DNA of 62,803 bases, filler included, from Phoronis australis (lineage: Eukaryota; Animalia; Phoronida): NCBI GenBank assembly GCA_002633005.1. It is 5 parts of 5 records of this genome, joined end to end, with 100 filler letters (N's around TTAATTAATTAA, not from the genome) between each part and the next. Parts side by side here need not be neighbours in the genome. Positions count along the whole stretch, not along the records: positions 1 to 21,245 come from NMRA01000058.1; 4 more parts are not named here. The stretch is one strand, 5' to 3'. The notes below the pieces were generated by a model. That model saw only the letters and a list, made by a program, of their open reading frames with translations, ran no database searches and was not told where the DNA came from. The translations under genes were made by a program, and so were the position numbers. Positions 1 through 14,134 of the stretch are shown in pieces; the first letter of the stretch is position 1; the number at the start of each line of letters is the position of its first letter.

Positions 1-1129
1 AATCAATTTATCATTCATCAAATTTCGTATTTTCTAGGCACCGAGGGTACACTACTTTATTTCTAAAAAGTGCTCGTAGTCATGGAATTAGGATACTTAC
101 TACGCAAATAGCAGTAGTTTTGGCAGGACACCTTTTGCGAGAGTCGAAATAAAAATCTCACTGGTTTTACAAAGCTCAGCAATCTTATTTGCACGGCTAA
201 AAACAAAAAAAAAACGCCGACAAATCATTTTCATAACATTTTCCTTCAAAAATCGTGTTGCCCTCTCCCCACTTGCGACGTTCCAAATCTTACAGTGTTG
301 TATGAACAAGATCCTTTATTTGTGGTTTTATCTGTGACTGTCCTGTTTACAAAGATGCTTACTGTGGGTTAGCTGAGGAGTGTGTCTGAACAAAAATTTC
401 TTTATGAATCTTCAAGTGGTTTTGATGCAGGGCGTTGAAAGCGGAGGACAGTGTCAAGGTGAAAGATTCATTGGCAATTACAGGCAATGCAAAACCACTG
501 GTCAGAGTCATTCCGTGGACGTTATATAGCCGCCAATGTCACAATAACTTCACTTTTGAAGTGGTATGGCTGGCTAATGTTATCATATTGTTATCTGCGC
601 GCAGTTTGCTGTGATTGACACAAGTGAAAAATGGGAGGCTTTCGAGTAGCAATGGGGCTGACAACATGGAACCAGCTACCAGAGAGAAGATATTTCACCT
701 GAGCAGTGGGAGGCACAGAGGAATGTACTTGAATAAGTGTGTGTGACTAGTTGTGAGAAGTCTAAAGAAGTGAATTCAAATTACTTCCCAGTCCTCCAAA
801 GGGCAAAGATACATGTATCCTGTTCCAGGTGATCACCTATTACTTTACTATATAAATGCCTCATGTTGGAAGCATGATCCACTGCAGAGGTCATGTGAAA
901 GAAGTGAGGATGATAAAGGCTGCTTTCAGTATAAAGTGCATAAGTACACAAGTATTGTATTGTAGCTCATGTTTTTCCATGACTTCTCAGCAGACAAACA
1001 ATATACAGCATATAAACTTTGAAACTCAGTTCAAAATATAACTTCATGCACATTGGGTTCTAACTGCTAATTAGTCTTCGAGGTGCTTTAATAGCAAAAC
1101 TACCAACTTTCTATGGCAAAATCACATCA

Positions 1130-1685
1130 GAGATGTCTAAATGTGGTGTTTGATCTAGGTGCTAATGGACTGGCTCAAATAAGAGACTCCTGTGTTAGTT
1201 GTTCAAAATACTGGTGATGTCGCTTACATGTACCTCCTCATCCCATACAGTACACGTAACTCCCCAGTCGGTATATGCAATGTTGGACCACTTTAAAGTA
1301 AAAAGTGACATTAATGCGACCAGAAGCTCGTTTAACACTCATTGCCTGATTAATTTATACAAACTACCATGGCAAACATGAGATGTCTAAATGTATTAAA
1401 AGATCTAAATACCAGTGAATAGGCTCAAACATGACACTCCTGATGTTAACAATTCAGAATACAGGTGACCTCGGCACCTCCCTTAACTCATCATCACATA
1501 CCATATAAATAACTCTCATTCTGCAAAAACAATGTTAGAACAGATAAAAGTCAAAATGATATTTAATGTGACTGTAATCTGGTTTAACACTGGTCATCCA
1601 GTTAAGTGGTACAATGTAGCATGGAAAAACGAGATATGTAAATGTGTTCTTTGATCTAAATGCCAGTGAATTGGTTCAAGTATGC
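1130..1685. repeat. Imperfect tandem repeat, ~250-bp unit, about 2.2 copies
   Basis: GAGAT(G/A)T(C/G)TAAATGT...GATCTA...GG(C/T)TCAA recurs at ~1130, ~1380 and ~1631, with further matching blocks at the same spacing. Confidence 0.75.
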
Positions 1686-2008
1686 CTAAGTCACCACCTT
1701 TCCTTAAGCTTGTACACAAGTTAACACTCAGATAAGGCTTCGCTTTTTAGTTAAGATAGATTGGGTGTAATATGAATTGGACAGCAAAGTTTCAACAAGA
1801 ACACTGACTAAACATCCTAAATTTTACTGACAAAATCACAGCAAGTGTTGCTATATTGCATTTACTTCCGTTTCTACAATATCACATCAATAACAACTAG
1901 TTAAATCAATCAGACAACCCAACAGATTGTATAATTTTTGAACAAAGATGAAATCCGGAGTATTACTGGACATCACTGACTGTCAAGTTCATTATCTCCC
2001 TCATTTGA

Positions 2009-2240
2009 TCATTTTCCAGCGCGGTTCAAGGCAGCCAAGCGTGAAAAGAAATCTTTATCCTGTTTTAGCGTCAGCCAGCCTTCCTCCCGAAACTGCTCAT
2101 CCGTCTTCATCGCCTGTGCAGTTTTTTCGGGGTCTGCTTTGTTGCTGTACTTTCTGAAAAATGACAGGAAGGTTGTAACACTCTCGAATTATACACTTTT
2201 TGCAGAACTCTGCAGAGCCCAGCCACTACACAGGTGTAAC
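2009..2240 (-). pseudogene. C-terminal remnant of an invertebrate DNA-transposase-like protein (family uncertain, possibly Sola-related)
   Basis: Hand translation: LCSGWALQSSAKSV*FESVTTFLSFFRKYSNKADPEKTAQAMKTDEQFREEGWLTLKQDKDFFSRLAALNRAGK*. The GWAL...KADP..A..M...F...WLT..Q...FFSRL pattern is one I recall from transposase-like proteins of marine invertebrates. One in-frame stop. Confidence 0.5.
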
Positions 2241-5200
2241 TGCCGCTGAGTGATCCAATGATTTTAGCTGAGATAATTCATTTGACCCATGGGGTGTAAT
2301 ATGTAAAACAACCATAAGTACAACAAGACAAAACACTGTGAGTACTTGATTTATTTTTGCCAGTTTGATTGGATTCCTTTGGACATCAAATGAATATCAT
2401 ATCCAGACAACAAATGTCAACATAGTGGTACTCATAAAACATAACGACACGCTATGATTTCCAGAATTACACAATTCACTGATAGCTGAAGTGAAAAGAA
2501 ATTCCGGCATGCAGGTTTTCAGTTAAAATTGGAATTTATAATGCTATAACCACAGCATTCATCAATATATCTATAGAAAAAATACTTCCTGTAATGAACT
2601 ATTGAAAAGTGAAAGTCAATGAGATATTGCATTTTCCGCTTGCAACAAGTACAGGCCACTAGATAATCTCAGACTAAACTTACAACTAACACAAGATGCT
2701 ACTAGTAAGTGGACTGAATAGCTCTAGGCTAGCCTAGACTCCAACAACGGCGACAGGGCAGGTATATCACTGATTTGCCCTTAGGAACACAAGACTGTTA
2801 ATCAGTTATTTACAGTGATGCAGGCATAGGACTACTAAATTTCATCAGTGTGTACAATAAAAAGCTCTGTCTATACTACATATTCAAAAACAAGTACTGT
2901 TGTTACATTTTTGTGGTACATGCATGGTCGCACAGTTTGTGATCTTCCTGATAGGAGGATCAGTAACTTGCATTGCAGGGTACTGTATTAGAATAACATC
3001 TGTTGTTTCTAGCGGTGTTAACTGGTTCTCGAATCATGTATCCACAAAACTGACTATAACCGCCACAATGCTATCGTGATAACCTCAAATTCAAACAAAG
3101 CAGTAGTAGTACTCACCAGATCCAACAGGAAAGACCACAAATGCATTTGCATTGTTGAGTTCCTGTGAAAGTAAGTTGACTAGACATTTCAACCAGCATC
3201 CCCACTTCAGGCTTGGCACGCGAGCTACCACTAATGAAATGGGTGTTTGCAGAGTCTACATGGTTTCCACAGAATTCCAAGATGAGCCCGCAGTCTTGCC
3301 CTTGCGTTGGACGCAGTCGCACAGGCGTGACACGGGTCCGGTGAACACGCATTTGTAAATTGTCCGACTCTCGCCAAAATCAGTTGCCGCACAGTCTAGG
3401 TGCGGTGGTTGGGTACTCACTTTATGCCGCATCAAGATTTCACACATGTGCAGAGGACATTTTTTTGAGGTTCCATACACTTCATCACACTCCATCATAC
3501 TAGCAGATAACACAGCAAGTCAGGATCAACCATTTTGTCACCACTAAAGTGACACCTGTTGTTGGACACTGGGTTCACGAAAAACGCGGAATTTTAATTA
3601 AAAAGGAAAAATACCTTAAACAATTGCGCCTGACTTAATGAAACTTAACTAAATAGTAATAAATCAACTTTTGAATCAAAACTGTGCACTTTACTGGTGT
3701 TGTAATGTTCCAAACAGGTATCGGTATTGAAGGTAATTTCTACTCAGGTGGTTGTTGCAATCTTGAAATTTGTATAGAAAAATGCTCAGCGTCAGAAAAT
3801 TTTATTGTATTAATCAACAGCAATAAGATAGAAACGTCTTGTGTAAAAGTCTGGTGTTGATCAGTGTTGTGCCAGCTGAGATATACGGGCTCAAAGTGTG
3901 GCGAAATTGCAATGCCTTGTTAACTTCTGACCCCTCTATACTTTATGCCTGAAATTTTTAACTCAGCGGCAGAGTTAATTAGTATTGTTTAACATCTTTG
4001 TAAAGCCGAAGACTTGCTTTACTTAAAAATTACAAACAATGATCTCGAGCGCCGATATTTTTTATTGTGCAGTACAAATAAGGTTTTTTCGGCGAGTTCA
4101 TGGCATGGCATACCCCCAAAATAGAGGCTCCCTGATTTCTCCCCTTAAACATTGGACTTAACTGTTTTGTTTATCATCCCAAAGGTAACTAAAATGCATA
4201 GTATGGTTCGAATTGGTGACATTGGGTTTATCACCCCTCTGGGCATTTTTGCCTGCTGTGAGCCGTACTTCACTCTTAATCATTTTCAGGTCACGGGGTA
4301 CTAAAATTAACAAATAAATGTTTGCTTAGTGTATTTGTCCTTGTTTTTTCCGACCACGCATTTTACCAAATCTACGCCGACGTCGCTGACTTTGTTAGTT
4401 GCCGCGGTCGCATCGCAAAGGCTTTCCCCGATAACGACAACGCAATTTTGCTCACTAGAAATCTGAATAACCATCATAGAGTCCGCGACTTTGCGTCATT
4501 CACCAAACGTATCGACTTAGTTTTCAGCGCAGAACTGAATAATGTGGTTTGCCGACAACTACCGGAGTTTGACGAGCCCTGAAGGCTTTCGTACGCGTAT
4601 CTCATACCCGAGGGGGTCCTTACAAAGGCGGCGTGTACGGTACATGCCGCTCAGAAGGGTGGGTTTGTCACGACCTGATTCACGACTAAAGGGTGCCTTT
4701 TTCTGGACAGATTTCCCTTCCAAACTTTCTCGTTTACCTACGCTTTACACCAGTTTCTCCTACAAAACTCACCAGTTGAAAGCGCACACTTCAGGTGGGG
4801 GCGTTTATTTATTTTTTATGTTGGCAATGAATTGAAATTTCTGACTAAAAAGATGGTTTTGTCTTCGATCGGTGAAGATTCCTACGAACTGGGATGCAAG
4901 GTGTATGTAAACTTGCAAATTAAAAAAAATCATATAATCCTGTATAGCACCGGAATGAGATCCCCGCAAAATACTGTAAGCCGAACTAAAATGATTTTTT
5001 GTGCAACAGAACAGCAGATGGACGACGAAAAGCGCACTCTTACGTAGGTAAAACGTTCCTCTGCTCATCGGGATCATCAGCCAAGACTCCACGTGCAGTT
5101 ACGGTTCACGCAATCTGTCAGTAAATTCAAAGTCACATACCTACATGCATGATTGGAGATTTTTTAAGTGAAAAAAGTTATGCGAGGTAAAAAGGGGGAG

Positions 5201-5300
5201 GATTGGGTCAATTGTTCCTCAAATTTTCTCTGAGTTAAGCGAAGATCCGACTTAAACGTAGGACTTTATTAAGGAATAAATGATAGTTCAACCGTTCCAC

Positions 5301-5335
5301 CATAGATTATATACATGCATGTGCTATAGTCTATG
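5301..5335. mobile_element. 35-bp micro-MITE with CATAGA termini and 7-bp TSD
   Basis: CATAGATTATA...TATAGTCTATG (10/11 inverted match) flanked by GTTCCAC at 5294-5300 and 5336-5342. Confidence 0.7.
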
Positions 5336-5528
5336 GTTCCACGGTCCGAATTGAGCGAAGATCCGACTTAGAAGTGCCGACCAAACTGATGTTTACTGTA
5401 CACCGTTCATGCATGCATGCACACACGCATACATAAGTAGGCCTACGTACGATACTGAAGGAAAAATGGACATCAACAGAAATTCAAATTAAAATCTTGA
5501 CGAACAATCCGTAAAAATACCTGTTTAA

Positions 5529-7613
5529 AAGGGAACTGTATTTCATTCTGAATAAATTTTAGATAGTTTTCTATGAATTGTTGATTAATTTCACAAATAA
5601 TTCAACAACAAAAAGTAAACTTATATTCTCTAACGAAGCTAAAAAATTACCGGCTTGGAGAGCTGTTTCTCGTGACGTATTTGGCGGGGGCAAAGTCACT
5701 GTCTTGTGTTAGCGTGCGTTTTTCATATTATCGGAATAAGAAATTAGTGTGAAATGTCGGGTCACTAGGTATACCTGTTGGAGCCGAGGCAACACAAAGT
5801 GATACCCAGTGGTCGTCATCGGCAGACGAAAATTTGCTGGTGCAACCAGCCCGTATCAACAATTTACACTGGTGTGACTGTGCCGTGGGCAGCGTGGACT
5901 CTAGCCAGCCAGTCGGCCAGCTGCCAGCCAATACTCAGCTCTGTAAACTTGAAGGGTTGGTTAGTTACCGACTATAGCTGTATGAAGACTATTGTACCTC
6001 TGTGTGTGAGCTCTGTTAACCCAGAAATTTCAGACAGCCGTTGACTACCCGGGTATAGTTTACTTATGCTCGTCACATCGTCGTAAAACTTAGGCTACCT
6101 CAACATATAAAGATAACGGACCGGCGGGGGCGCATCTCGTAGTCAAAACAATCAAATAAACGTCATTTGGTAGCCTAATTTGCCGCCTTTTGTAACAAAG
6201 AATTGTGTAGTCCGTTTCAAAAACAGCAACTCGTGACACGGCGCACGCGCCATTTCATAAAAATTTGAGACGTCCTTCGGGACAATGACAGCTTCACAGC
6301 ACCACGGTTGTTCTAAAATTCGGTTTGCTGGTATAAAAATACTAAAAACGTGTAACGACATGAAACAAGCATTACGGCATTTTCCCATTGCTCCCAAATT
6401 GTTCGATTCTATAGCACAACAACAAGTTGGGAAGTTTACCCCCCCAGCCAATATCTTACACGACTGATTAACTCCTTTCTGGCATTTATGCTTGGAGGGC
6501 CAGCTCTCTTTTGTTCGATAATTGCTCTAATCCTCAATAAGATCGTATCTAGCCTCACTGGGCTGTGCTGTTAAAGATAGAAGTTAAGTTATAACATATT
6601 TGAACATAAACCAATAGCATTTCTGAAATCCTCGTCAAATGGTAATCATGTGTAGTTTTTGAATCGCCAAAGTCGCCCAACTGCAACCGAAGTTACGATA
6701 ACCTATTCTTTTAATCTGGGTTTGACGGTGTTCACACGTGGTCTGTAATAAGCCTGGTAGATAATTGGCCTGCCTGTTGTCATAACAGACAAAAGACTAT
6801 GCTTGGCAGTTAACAAAGAAGCTAGATGTTATCACACGCTCACAACCCCCTTCGTCTGGTAAAGTCACTGAACGGGAAAATGCTGTCATCTTCCGATAAT
6901 TTGTTGTAACTTGTACGCAAACTAGGTACCGGCAGCGACGAAGACTCGATAAATGAATGGGGAAAAGAAACTGGTAAACGCCAAGTGACGTAATCGCAAA
7001 AAGCCGACTCAAGAGAATACATCACAATTTTAGCAGCAGCCGATGAACGGTCCCTAACATTTCCAACGCCGGTAAATACTGAAGTTAGTTTACTCTAGCA
7101 ACCTGCTTCCTAGGTTTACCCAAGGATGAGATTAGTTTGAGTGACATTAATTTTGAGTCAGATTTTATTTGTCCATTTACTACCCAAACCTGTAGGCCTA
7201 TATTTAGTATACAGCTTTGGGCCAAGGCTTGGGTAACCCGGCGATGGTATGCGATGACCATCCATTTAGAAGACACCTTTTTGAAGAGCTTGAGCAACCA
7301 GGTGCCATACAAATAGGCATAGCGAACCTTTTACAGCACTGCAGCAAACAATAAAAATAAGGGGGATTGATACAATGATAAATTTCGATGTAAACTTTTC
7401 AAAATATGACACAAGCAATGAATGTGTAAAGCAGCCGATACCCCGCCATTCACGTCACTGACACATCAGCCAATCACCGAGAGCTTTCAGGATTCAGTGT
7501 TTTAACCATGAATACGAATCGGCTTTTGTTTGGCACGCAAGTTAGGCAAATGCGAGTTTTATTTGTATGCTAGAACCGATTAACTGGAGCATTATTTTGA
7601 CTACAGTCCCCTT
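5529..7613. mobile_element. Putative non-autonomous Kolobok-like DNA transposon (TTAA TSD)
   Basis: TTAA|AAGGGAACTGTA (5525-5540) and TACAGTCCCCTT|TTAA (7602-7617), 11/12 TIR match. The internal segment ~5960-6210 resembles 36510-36810. Confidence 0.45.
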
Positions 7614-7851
7614 TTAATTGGCAGAAAACCACATTGAATAATGGAGTTGTCTGTTTTTTGGGTTCGCTTCCACTTGAAACGTTACTAAATATGTGGTCCT
7701 TTTTTCATGCCCGATTTTTTTCTCATTTTTGCGAGACTTTTATCGCACCTTTGTCCCCCTACTAATAGGTGTGCATCCATGGAGTTCGAGGGCACTGATT
7801 TGACTGGGGTGCTCATAAACATGTTAAGACGCACGGCCATTGTTAACTCAC

Positions 7852-8081
7852 CTGTTCGATTACAAATATCCTGTAGTGGAGCTTTTGCCTCCGTAAAAAT
7901 GGATGGAGATGGGCTAGCATCTGTATCAAATGTGACTCTCTGTCGCGGTATGATACTATGATTGCAAGTTTCTGCAGCGCTTTACAGTCTGGGGGAGACC
8001 ACTCGCCTCCCACCTTAACTTCTGGATTGCGCAACTCAGCAGTTCGAACGTCTTTGCATTCCACGACAGGAATGTTTTCCA
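7852..8081 (-). CDS. Beta-1,4-galactosyltransferase/GalNAc-transferase (GT7, B4GALT/bre-4 family), coding exon 2
   Basis: NPEVKVGGEWSPPDCKALQKLAIIVSYRDRESHLIQMLAHLHPFLRRQKLHYRIFVIEQ matches the GT7 N-terminal catalytic region. Acceptor tttcag| at 8082, donor |GTGAGT at 7851. Later exons were not found in the window. Confidence 0.92.
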
Positions 8082-11000
8082 CTGAAATAGCGTAGACCAC
8101 ACAAACTTAATTGAGTCTAAACAATACTTGACTTTGTAACTGGGATTTAGGCTGCAGATACACACAGCTTTGAAGCAGCGATATCTCATGCTTGTGACAA
8201 TAGTAACGAGAAAATGGCATTTGCAGAAATTATTTTTATTCTGTGGATTCTGGCTACCGAACTTCGTTTTTAATAGATCATTCGGATGAAGATTCTTCAG
8301 TAGACTGTTGGCGCCAATGTTCTTTGGTCATATCGTAAAACGCGACGTGTTTTACTATTACCGCTTCAACTGTTGGAATCGACAACGCTCTTACCCACTT
8401 CAGTACGGACAGGGTGTTGACAAAGCGCCCACTTTCATCCCAGTCATACAAGTGGTCAGTTACATGGGCATGTCAGCACCTGTTGACCTAAGGCATCTCA
8501 CAGTCGAGAGGCTCTTTAATTTGCAGAGAGGATAATATTAGATCAAGGAAAATATCTGAACACATGTAAACTCTGCTTATATGCACAATGCTTTTCCTAC
8601 ACTCAGCATCAGACACATGCTGCAGTTGTCGGGTGAATTTGTTTGTAACATATAACGCATATGGAAACAAAATGCTAGTGATGTTTTACAATGTATTATG
8701 TAATCAAAATTTCGTGCCACAACCAAATAGATTTGCACCAAACTATCAACGCCGGAATGTTAGAGCGAACGATCATAAATCCAATCCACCTCGAGAATAA
8801 ACCTGTGCCGAGAGAAAGTCAAATGGAAACAGTCTACAACAGGAAACTATTTTGCACTTCGCTTCGATAAATTGTTTGATGACATCTTCTACGTTAATGT
8901 TTCTGAAGACACTGATCTCAACATCTAGGATACATAGCGCGCTCGTTGAAACGCCACTAGCGTCACCTTGTGACTGGTCTTTTCTGACACGCGACGAGTG
9001 ATTTCTAACACCCGCTGACGTGCCAGTGATGCTGTCGGTGTTCTTAAAGAACCAATCAGTGTTAAGTTTATAAAGCGTGTTGACCAAACCGATGAGATAG
9101 TCATGTTCTGACGTGACTGACAATTACAAAGCTGAGCATTTGACACAAAGAAAAATATAAGAATGGTCAGCACTACTTCACATAAAAACACAACCTACAC
9201 AATAGCACTGAGCAAGACTAGTACATCTTCACTGATTAAGCAAATAGAACCTACAAAGATTCAACAGCTGCTGGCACAGCACGGAGAAAATCATCCAAGG
9301 TCACAGACATCAAGTCCTCGTCACTCACAGCGTTGCCCTCGTTTACTGGGATAAGCAATCTTTCGTTAATGACATTTTGACTGTACATGCGACTCTAACC
9401 CAGAAGCCACCGTTGTACTTTTGCAGGGTGCTACACTCCACAGAGGTGGATTATGATTCATTCAATTAATACGAGTGTGAATGTAGGCTAAACTTGTCCC
9501 TTGTTGGTCAAATGCAAAGTGGGAGGGCTTATGACCTTTTAGGCTAGTCAGATTCGGGTCAGTTGGGGCGTAAATTAATTGACATCGAAGCATACGTCAT
9601 CGCTGACTAAATCATAACGTCTTATTGGTCGCACAGTAATTGGGGCGGTAGCTTGACACACTTGGGAAGTACATTTCGAGTCAACTCTGACGCGCTTCGA
9701 CGACTCGTAACGTGTCAGAAAAGACCCGTCACAGGGTGACTCTAGGGGCGTTCCATACACTCAGTGAGTCACGCGTAATTCTGGGATGATTAATATCTAG
9801 CGCCAGTTTGCTGAATGACCGCTCCTCTGAAAGCTCGTTACCAACGACCTATTTAGTCCTACACGTATCACAATGTAAAAAATGTCATTTCTAAATCTCT
9901 GCCATCGTTCTTACTGACCCGTTTCATGAAAACGGATCAATACGCCTGACGAACTGAACAATCCTTACCCAGACGTGAAACCATGCGTGTATGTCAGTGT
10001 CGACTACACAACATGTTAAAGAGATTTGGAACACGAAAAAACAGACTAAATTGCTTTATTCAAAGTGCTTCACTGCCACACTAAAACAGAATTGAACCTG
10101 CTTACGGTTATTACTTTTGCGGGTTTTTCGTAAAGATTTTGAATTTCCACTGATATTAAAGCATTTTTCTTTTAGTTTCAAATTTCAAAAATAATACGCC
10201 AACTGCTCGCCACTTTGTTGATTTTCTCCCACAAGGCAAAGAATGTCTCCTAACTTGGTTTGGCAAGATGCAGACGTAGCACATTTTCCTTAGTATGGAA
10301 AATGTGACCTTTGACATTTGATGTAAACAAAACAATGATGACTTCAAGCAACTGCAATTGATGTTGGTTTTCACTGTTTAAAATTAGTCATAAAAATATC
10401 GTAGCATTCAAATATATTCTAAAATGCACTAGGGAATTATTTTTGGAAAATTTCTTGCTTCACTGGCTTTCCTTATACTGTGGTGTCGACTAGATAATTA
10501 GCCATTAATATCCATCTTGTCAGTCAGATGTTTGTCGAAATACTGTGAGCGCATACAAGCATATATAATAAGTGGGAGGGAGATTAGAAAGTACGTGGTG
10601 TCTACAAAGTTTTTTCTTCGCACATATTTCAAAACTTTTTTCTAGAAATTCCCTCACAGAAAAATTATGCAGACACAAATTATGCACGTGAATCAAACAA
10701 TTGTAATTAATTACAAAGTATCCACAAGTCATGCAATTCATTAGTATTTTCACAAATGACACTGTTCACGTAATTACTGAGTCTCTTGTTATCATGACCA
10801 TGAAAACACTATCTACATGTATACAAGCATCTCTTAATTACAATTATGATATTCATACATCAATCACAAATATACTGCTAAGATTTTCGTAAAAATTTCT
10901 AATTTGTGCGTACCGTAATGTAGAGGAATACGACTGCTATTTTGTACAAGAATACCTTATGTTTTGCGTGTTGACTTGACATAGAAACCAAATTTAAGAC

Positions 11001-11549
11001 TAATCCGAAATCCTAACATCGTTTTTGGGGTAAGTAATGAAGTTTTCATTTAAAAAGGGCTTCATAAAAATAGATTGAGGGGTTATATTGCTATTAATGT
11101 ACCCACTCTAAAAATGAAATTTTGACTTAAAAATATGGTAACGTATCAATAATAATAGCACATATTATAATTCCATGTTTCTTCTTTCTGAAAATGTGTA
11201 ATTGTACTTGTTTACATAGCCTGTTCGAATGGAGTTAAGGTTTGAGAAAACCTTAAGCAGCAGCCTAATCAGCCGACTACAATATACATGTCAACACCTG
11301 TTGCCTGAGACAAAGCTCCTTATAACGAGCCTGTCTACCATTTCGTTTCACGGTTTTCATACAGCTTTTAGTATGATCTGTTTAATGTGTGCAAAAATGT
11401 TCGATGGATCTTCAGCTCTGAGGTGATTTATTGACTATTTGAGCTTAGTGTGGAACCTTGAAGAAAGCAGGTTCAAAAAGTTGAATAGTATTTGTCAAAC
11501 TTGAATAAGAAACCTTGTGAAGTTTTGACAATTAATTCTGGAGACTCAC

Positions 11550-11871
11550 ATAGACTAGACGGTCTTCGAGAACAGTCTTCTAATTCCCGAAGCCTCGTGG
11601 AAGAAAGCGTCGTGTTCTCGGTATGCATGTCGGCAACAGTCGAAAACGCGGAGACAGGAAGCACCGAAGATAGCTTTGATGAATTATCCCCAGACTTGAC
11701 TTGATGGTGAATTGCGTGCTTAGAACCAATCGCCATCTTATGAATTTTGAAGACCACCTCATAACCTTGTTTTAAACGCAATCTATCTTCCACGAGTAGA
11801 GTACTGATATTGTTGAGGACGGCAAAGCTTGCTACCAATAGAACAATCTTGATAATGGCACTCCTTTTCAT
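11550..11871 (-). CDS. GT7 glycosyltransferase coding exon 1 (type II signal anchor + stem), copy 1
   Basis: MKRSAIIKIVLLVASFAVLNN is a short basic tail plus TM helix, followed by an S/T-rich stem ending LEDCSRRPSSL. The phase-1 donor |GTGAGT at 11549 splices in frame to the 8081 exon. Confidence 0.8.
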
Positions 11872-12011
11872 TGCAATTAGCTTGACCTGAAATTCCGAGT
11901 AACCACAATGTCATGTTAGCATTCGCCAGCCAGCTAGTTGTATGATGACTAGCGCCAAAATACATGTAGAAATCGATGCGTGAAAAGTTTGCATTCACCT
12001 ATTTCACGAAA

Positions 12012-12034
12012 GCGCCATCTTCCCGCGCCATCTT
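12012..12034 (-). promoter_or_regulatory. Tandem YY1-like motifs (AAGATGGCGC x2) upstream of the GT7 ATG; second copy at 16986-17008
   Basis: GCGCCATCTT occurs twice, 140-160 bp upstream of the start codon, and matches the YY1 CGCCATNTT core. Confidence 0.4.
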
Positions 12035-14134
12035 TAAATACTGATCGAAAACGAGGCACACTGATAAAACCTCGTGAGTGATCATCAGCTGGCCATGGTG
12101 TACTGTGCAGTGCCTGAACGTACCAATTCCAGTGATATCTCGTCGGTATCCTTCCCAGGGATATACTTAGCCATTNCCAAATAGATTTGCACCAAACTAT
12201 CAACGCCGGAATGTTAGAGCGAACGATCATAAATCCAATCCACCTCGAGAATAAACCTGTGCCGAGAGAAAGTCAAATGGAAACAGTCTACAACAGGAAA
12301 CTATTTTGCACTTCGCTTCGATAAATTGTTTGATGACATCTTCTACGTTAATGTTTCTGAAGACACTGATCTCAACATCTAGGATACATAGCGCGCTCGT
12401 TGAAACGCCACTAGCGTCACCTTGTGACTGGTCTTTTCTGACACGCGACGAGTGATTTCTAACACCCGCTGACGTGCCAGTGATGCTGTCGGTGTTCTTA
12501 AAGAACCAATCAGTGTTAAGTTTATAAAGCGTGTTGACCAAACCGATGAGATAGTCATGTTCTGACGTGACTGACAATTACAAAGCTGAGCATTTGACAC
12601 AAAGAAAAATATAAGAATGGTCAGCACTACTTCACATAAAAACACAACCTACACAATAGCACTGAGCAAGACTAGTACATCTTCACTGATTAAGCAAATA
12701 GAACCTACAAAGATTCAACAGCTGCTGGCACAGCACGGAGAAAATCATCCAAGGTCACAGACATCAAGTCCTCGTCACTCACAGCGTTGCCCTCGTTTAC
12801 TGGGATAAGCAATCTTTCGTTAATGACATTTTGACTGTACATGCGACTCTAACCCAGAAGCCACCGTTGTACTTTTGCAGGGTGCTACACTCCACAGAGG
12901 TGGATTATGATTCATTCAATTAATTCGAGTGTGAATGTAGGCTAAACTTGTCCCTTTTTAGTCAAATGCAAAGTGGGAGGGCTTATGACCTTTTAGGCTA
13001 GTCAGATTCGGGTCAGTTGGAGCGTAAATTGATTGACATCGAAGCATACGTCATCGCTGACCAAATCATAACTTCTCAGTGGTCGCACAGTAATTGGGGC
13101 GGTAGCTTGACACACTTGGAAAGTACATTTCGAGTCAACTCTGACGCGCTTCGATGACTCGTAACGTGTCAGAAAAGACCCGTCACAGGGTGACTCGAGG
13201 GGCGTTCCATACGCTCAGTGAGTCACGCGTAATTCTGAGATGATTAATATCTAGCGCCAGTGATCGCTCCTCTGAAAGCTCGTTACCAACGACCTATTTA
13301 GTCCTACACGTATCACAATGTAAAAAATGTCATTTCTAAACCTCTGCCATCGTTCTTACTGACCCGTTTCAAGAAAATGGATCAATACGCCTGACGAAAT
13401 GAACAATCCTTGCCCAGACGCGGAACCATGCGTGTATGTCAGTGTCGACTACACAACATGTTAAAGAGATTTGGAACACGAAAAAACAGACTAAATTGCT
13501 TTATTCAAAGTGCTTCACTGCCACACTGAAACAGAATTGAACCTGCTTACGGTTATCATTTTTGCGGGTTTTTCGTAAAAATTTTGAATTTCCATTGATG
13601 TTAAAGCATTTTTCTTTTAGTTTCAAATTCAAAAATAATATGCCAACTGCTCGCCACTTTGTTGGTTTCTCCCACAAGGCAAAGAATGTCTCCTAACTTG
13701 GTCTGGCAAAATGTAGACGTAGCACATTTCCTTAGTATGGAAAATGTGACCGTTGACCTTTGATGTAAACAAAACAATGATGACTTCAAGCAACTGCAAT
13801 TGATGTTGGTTTTCACTGTTTAAAATTAGTCATAAAGATATCGTAGCATTCAAATATATTCTAAAATGCACTAGGGAATTATTTTTGGAAAATTTCTTGC
13901 TTCACTGGCTTTCCTTATACTGTGCTGTCAACCTAAGATTTGGAGTGTGATTACACTAGATAATCTGCCATTAATATCCATCTTGTCAGTCAGATGTTTG
14001 TCGAAATACTGTGAGCGCATACAAGCATATATAATAAGTGGGAGGGAGATTAGAAAGTATGTGGTGACTACAGAGTTTTTTCTTCGCACATATTTCAAAA
14101 CTTTGTGATTTTTTTCTAGAAATTCCCTCACAGA

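Noticed and set aside
470-690. PHD-like words (SWFH; DQWFCIAC) on the minus strand
   Set aside because: Scattered fragments with stops and missing ligands; cannot be supported without a profile search.
6330-6451. THAP-like start (PTCCCAIESNN...SLHVF) inside the Kolobok-like element
   Set aside because: The second Cys and downstream W/C/HF motifs are missing; too weak to call.
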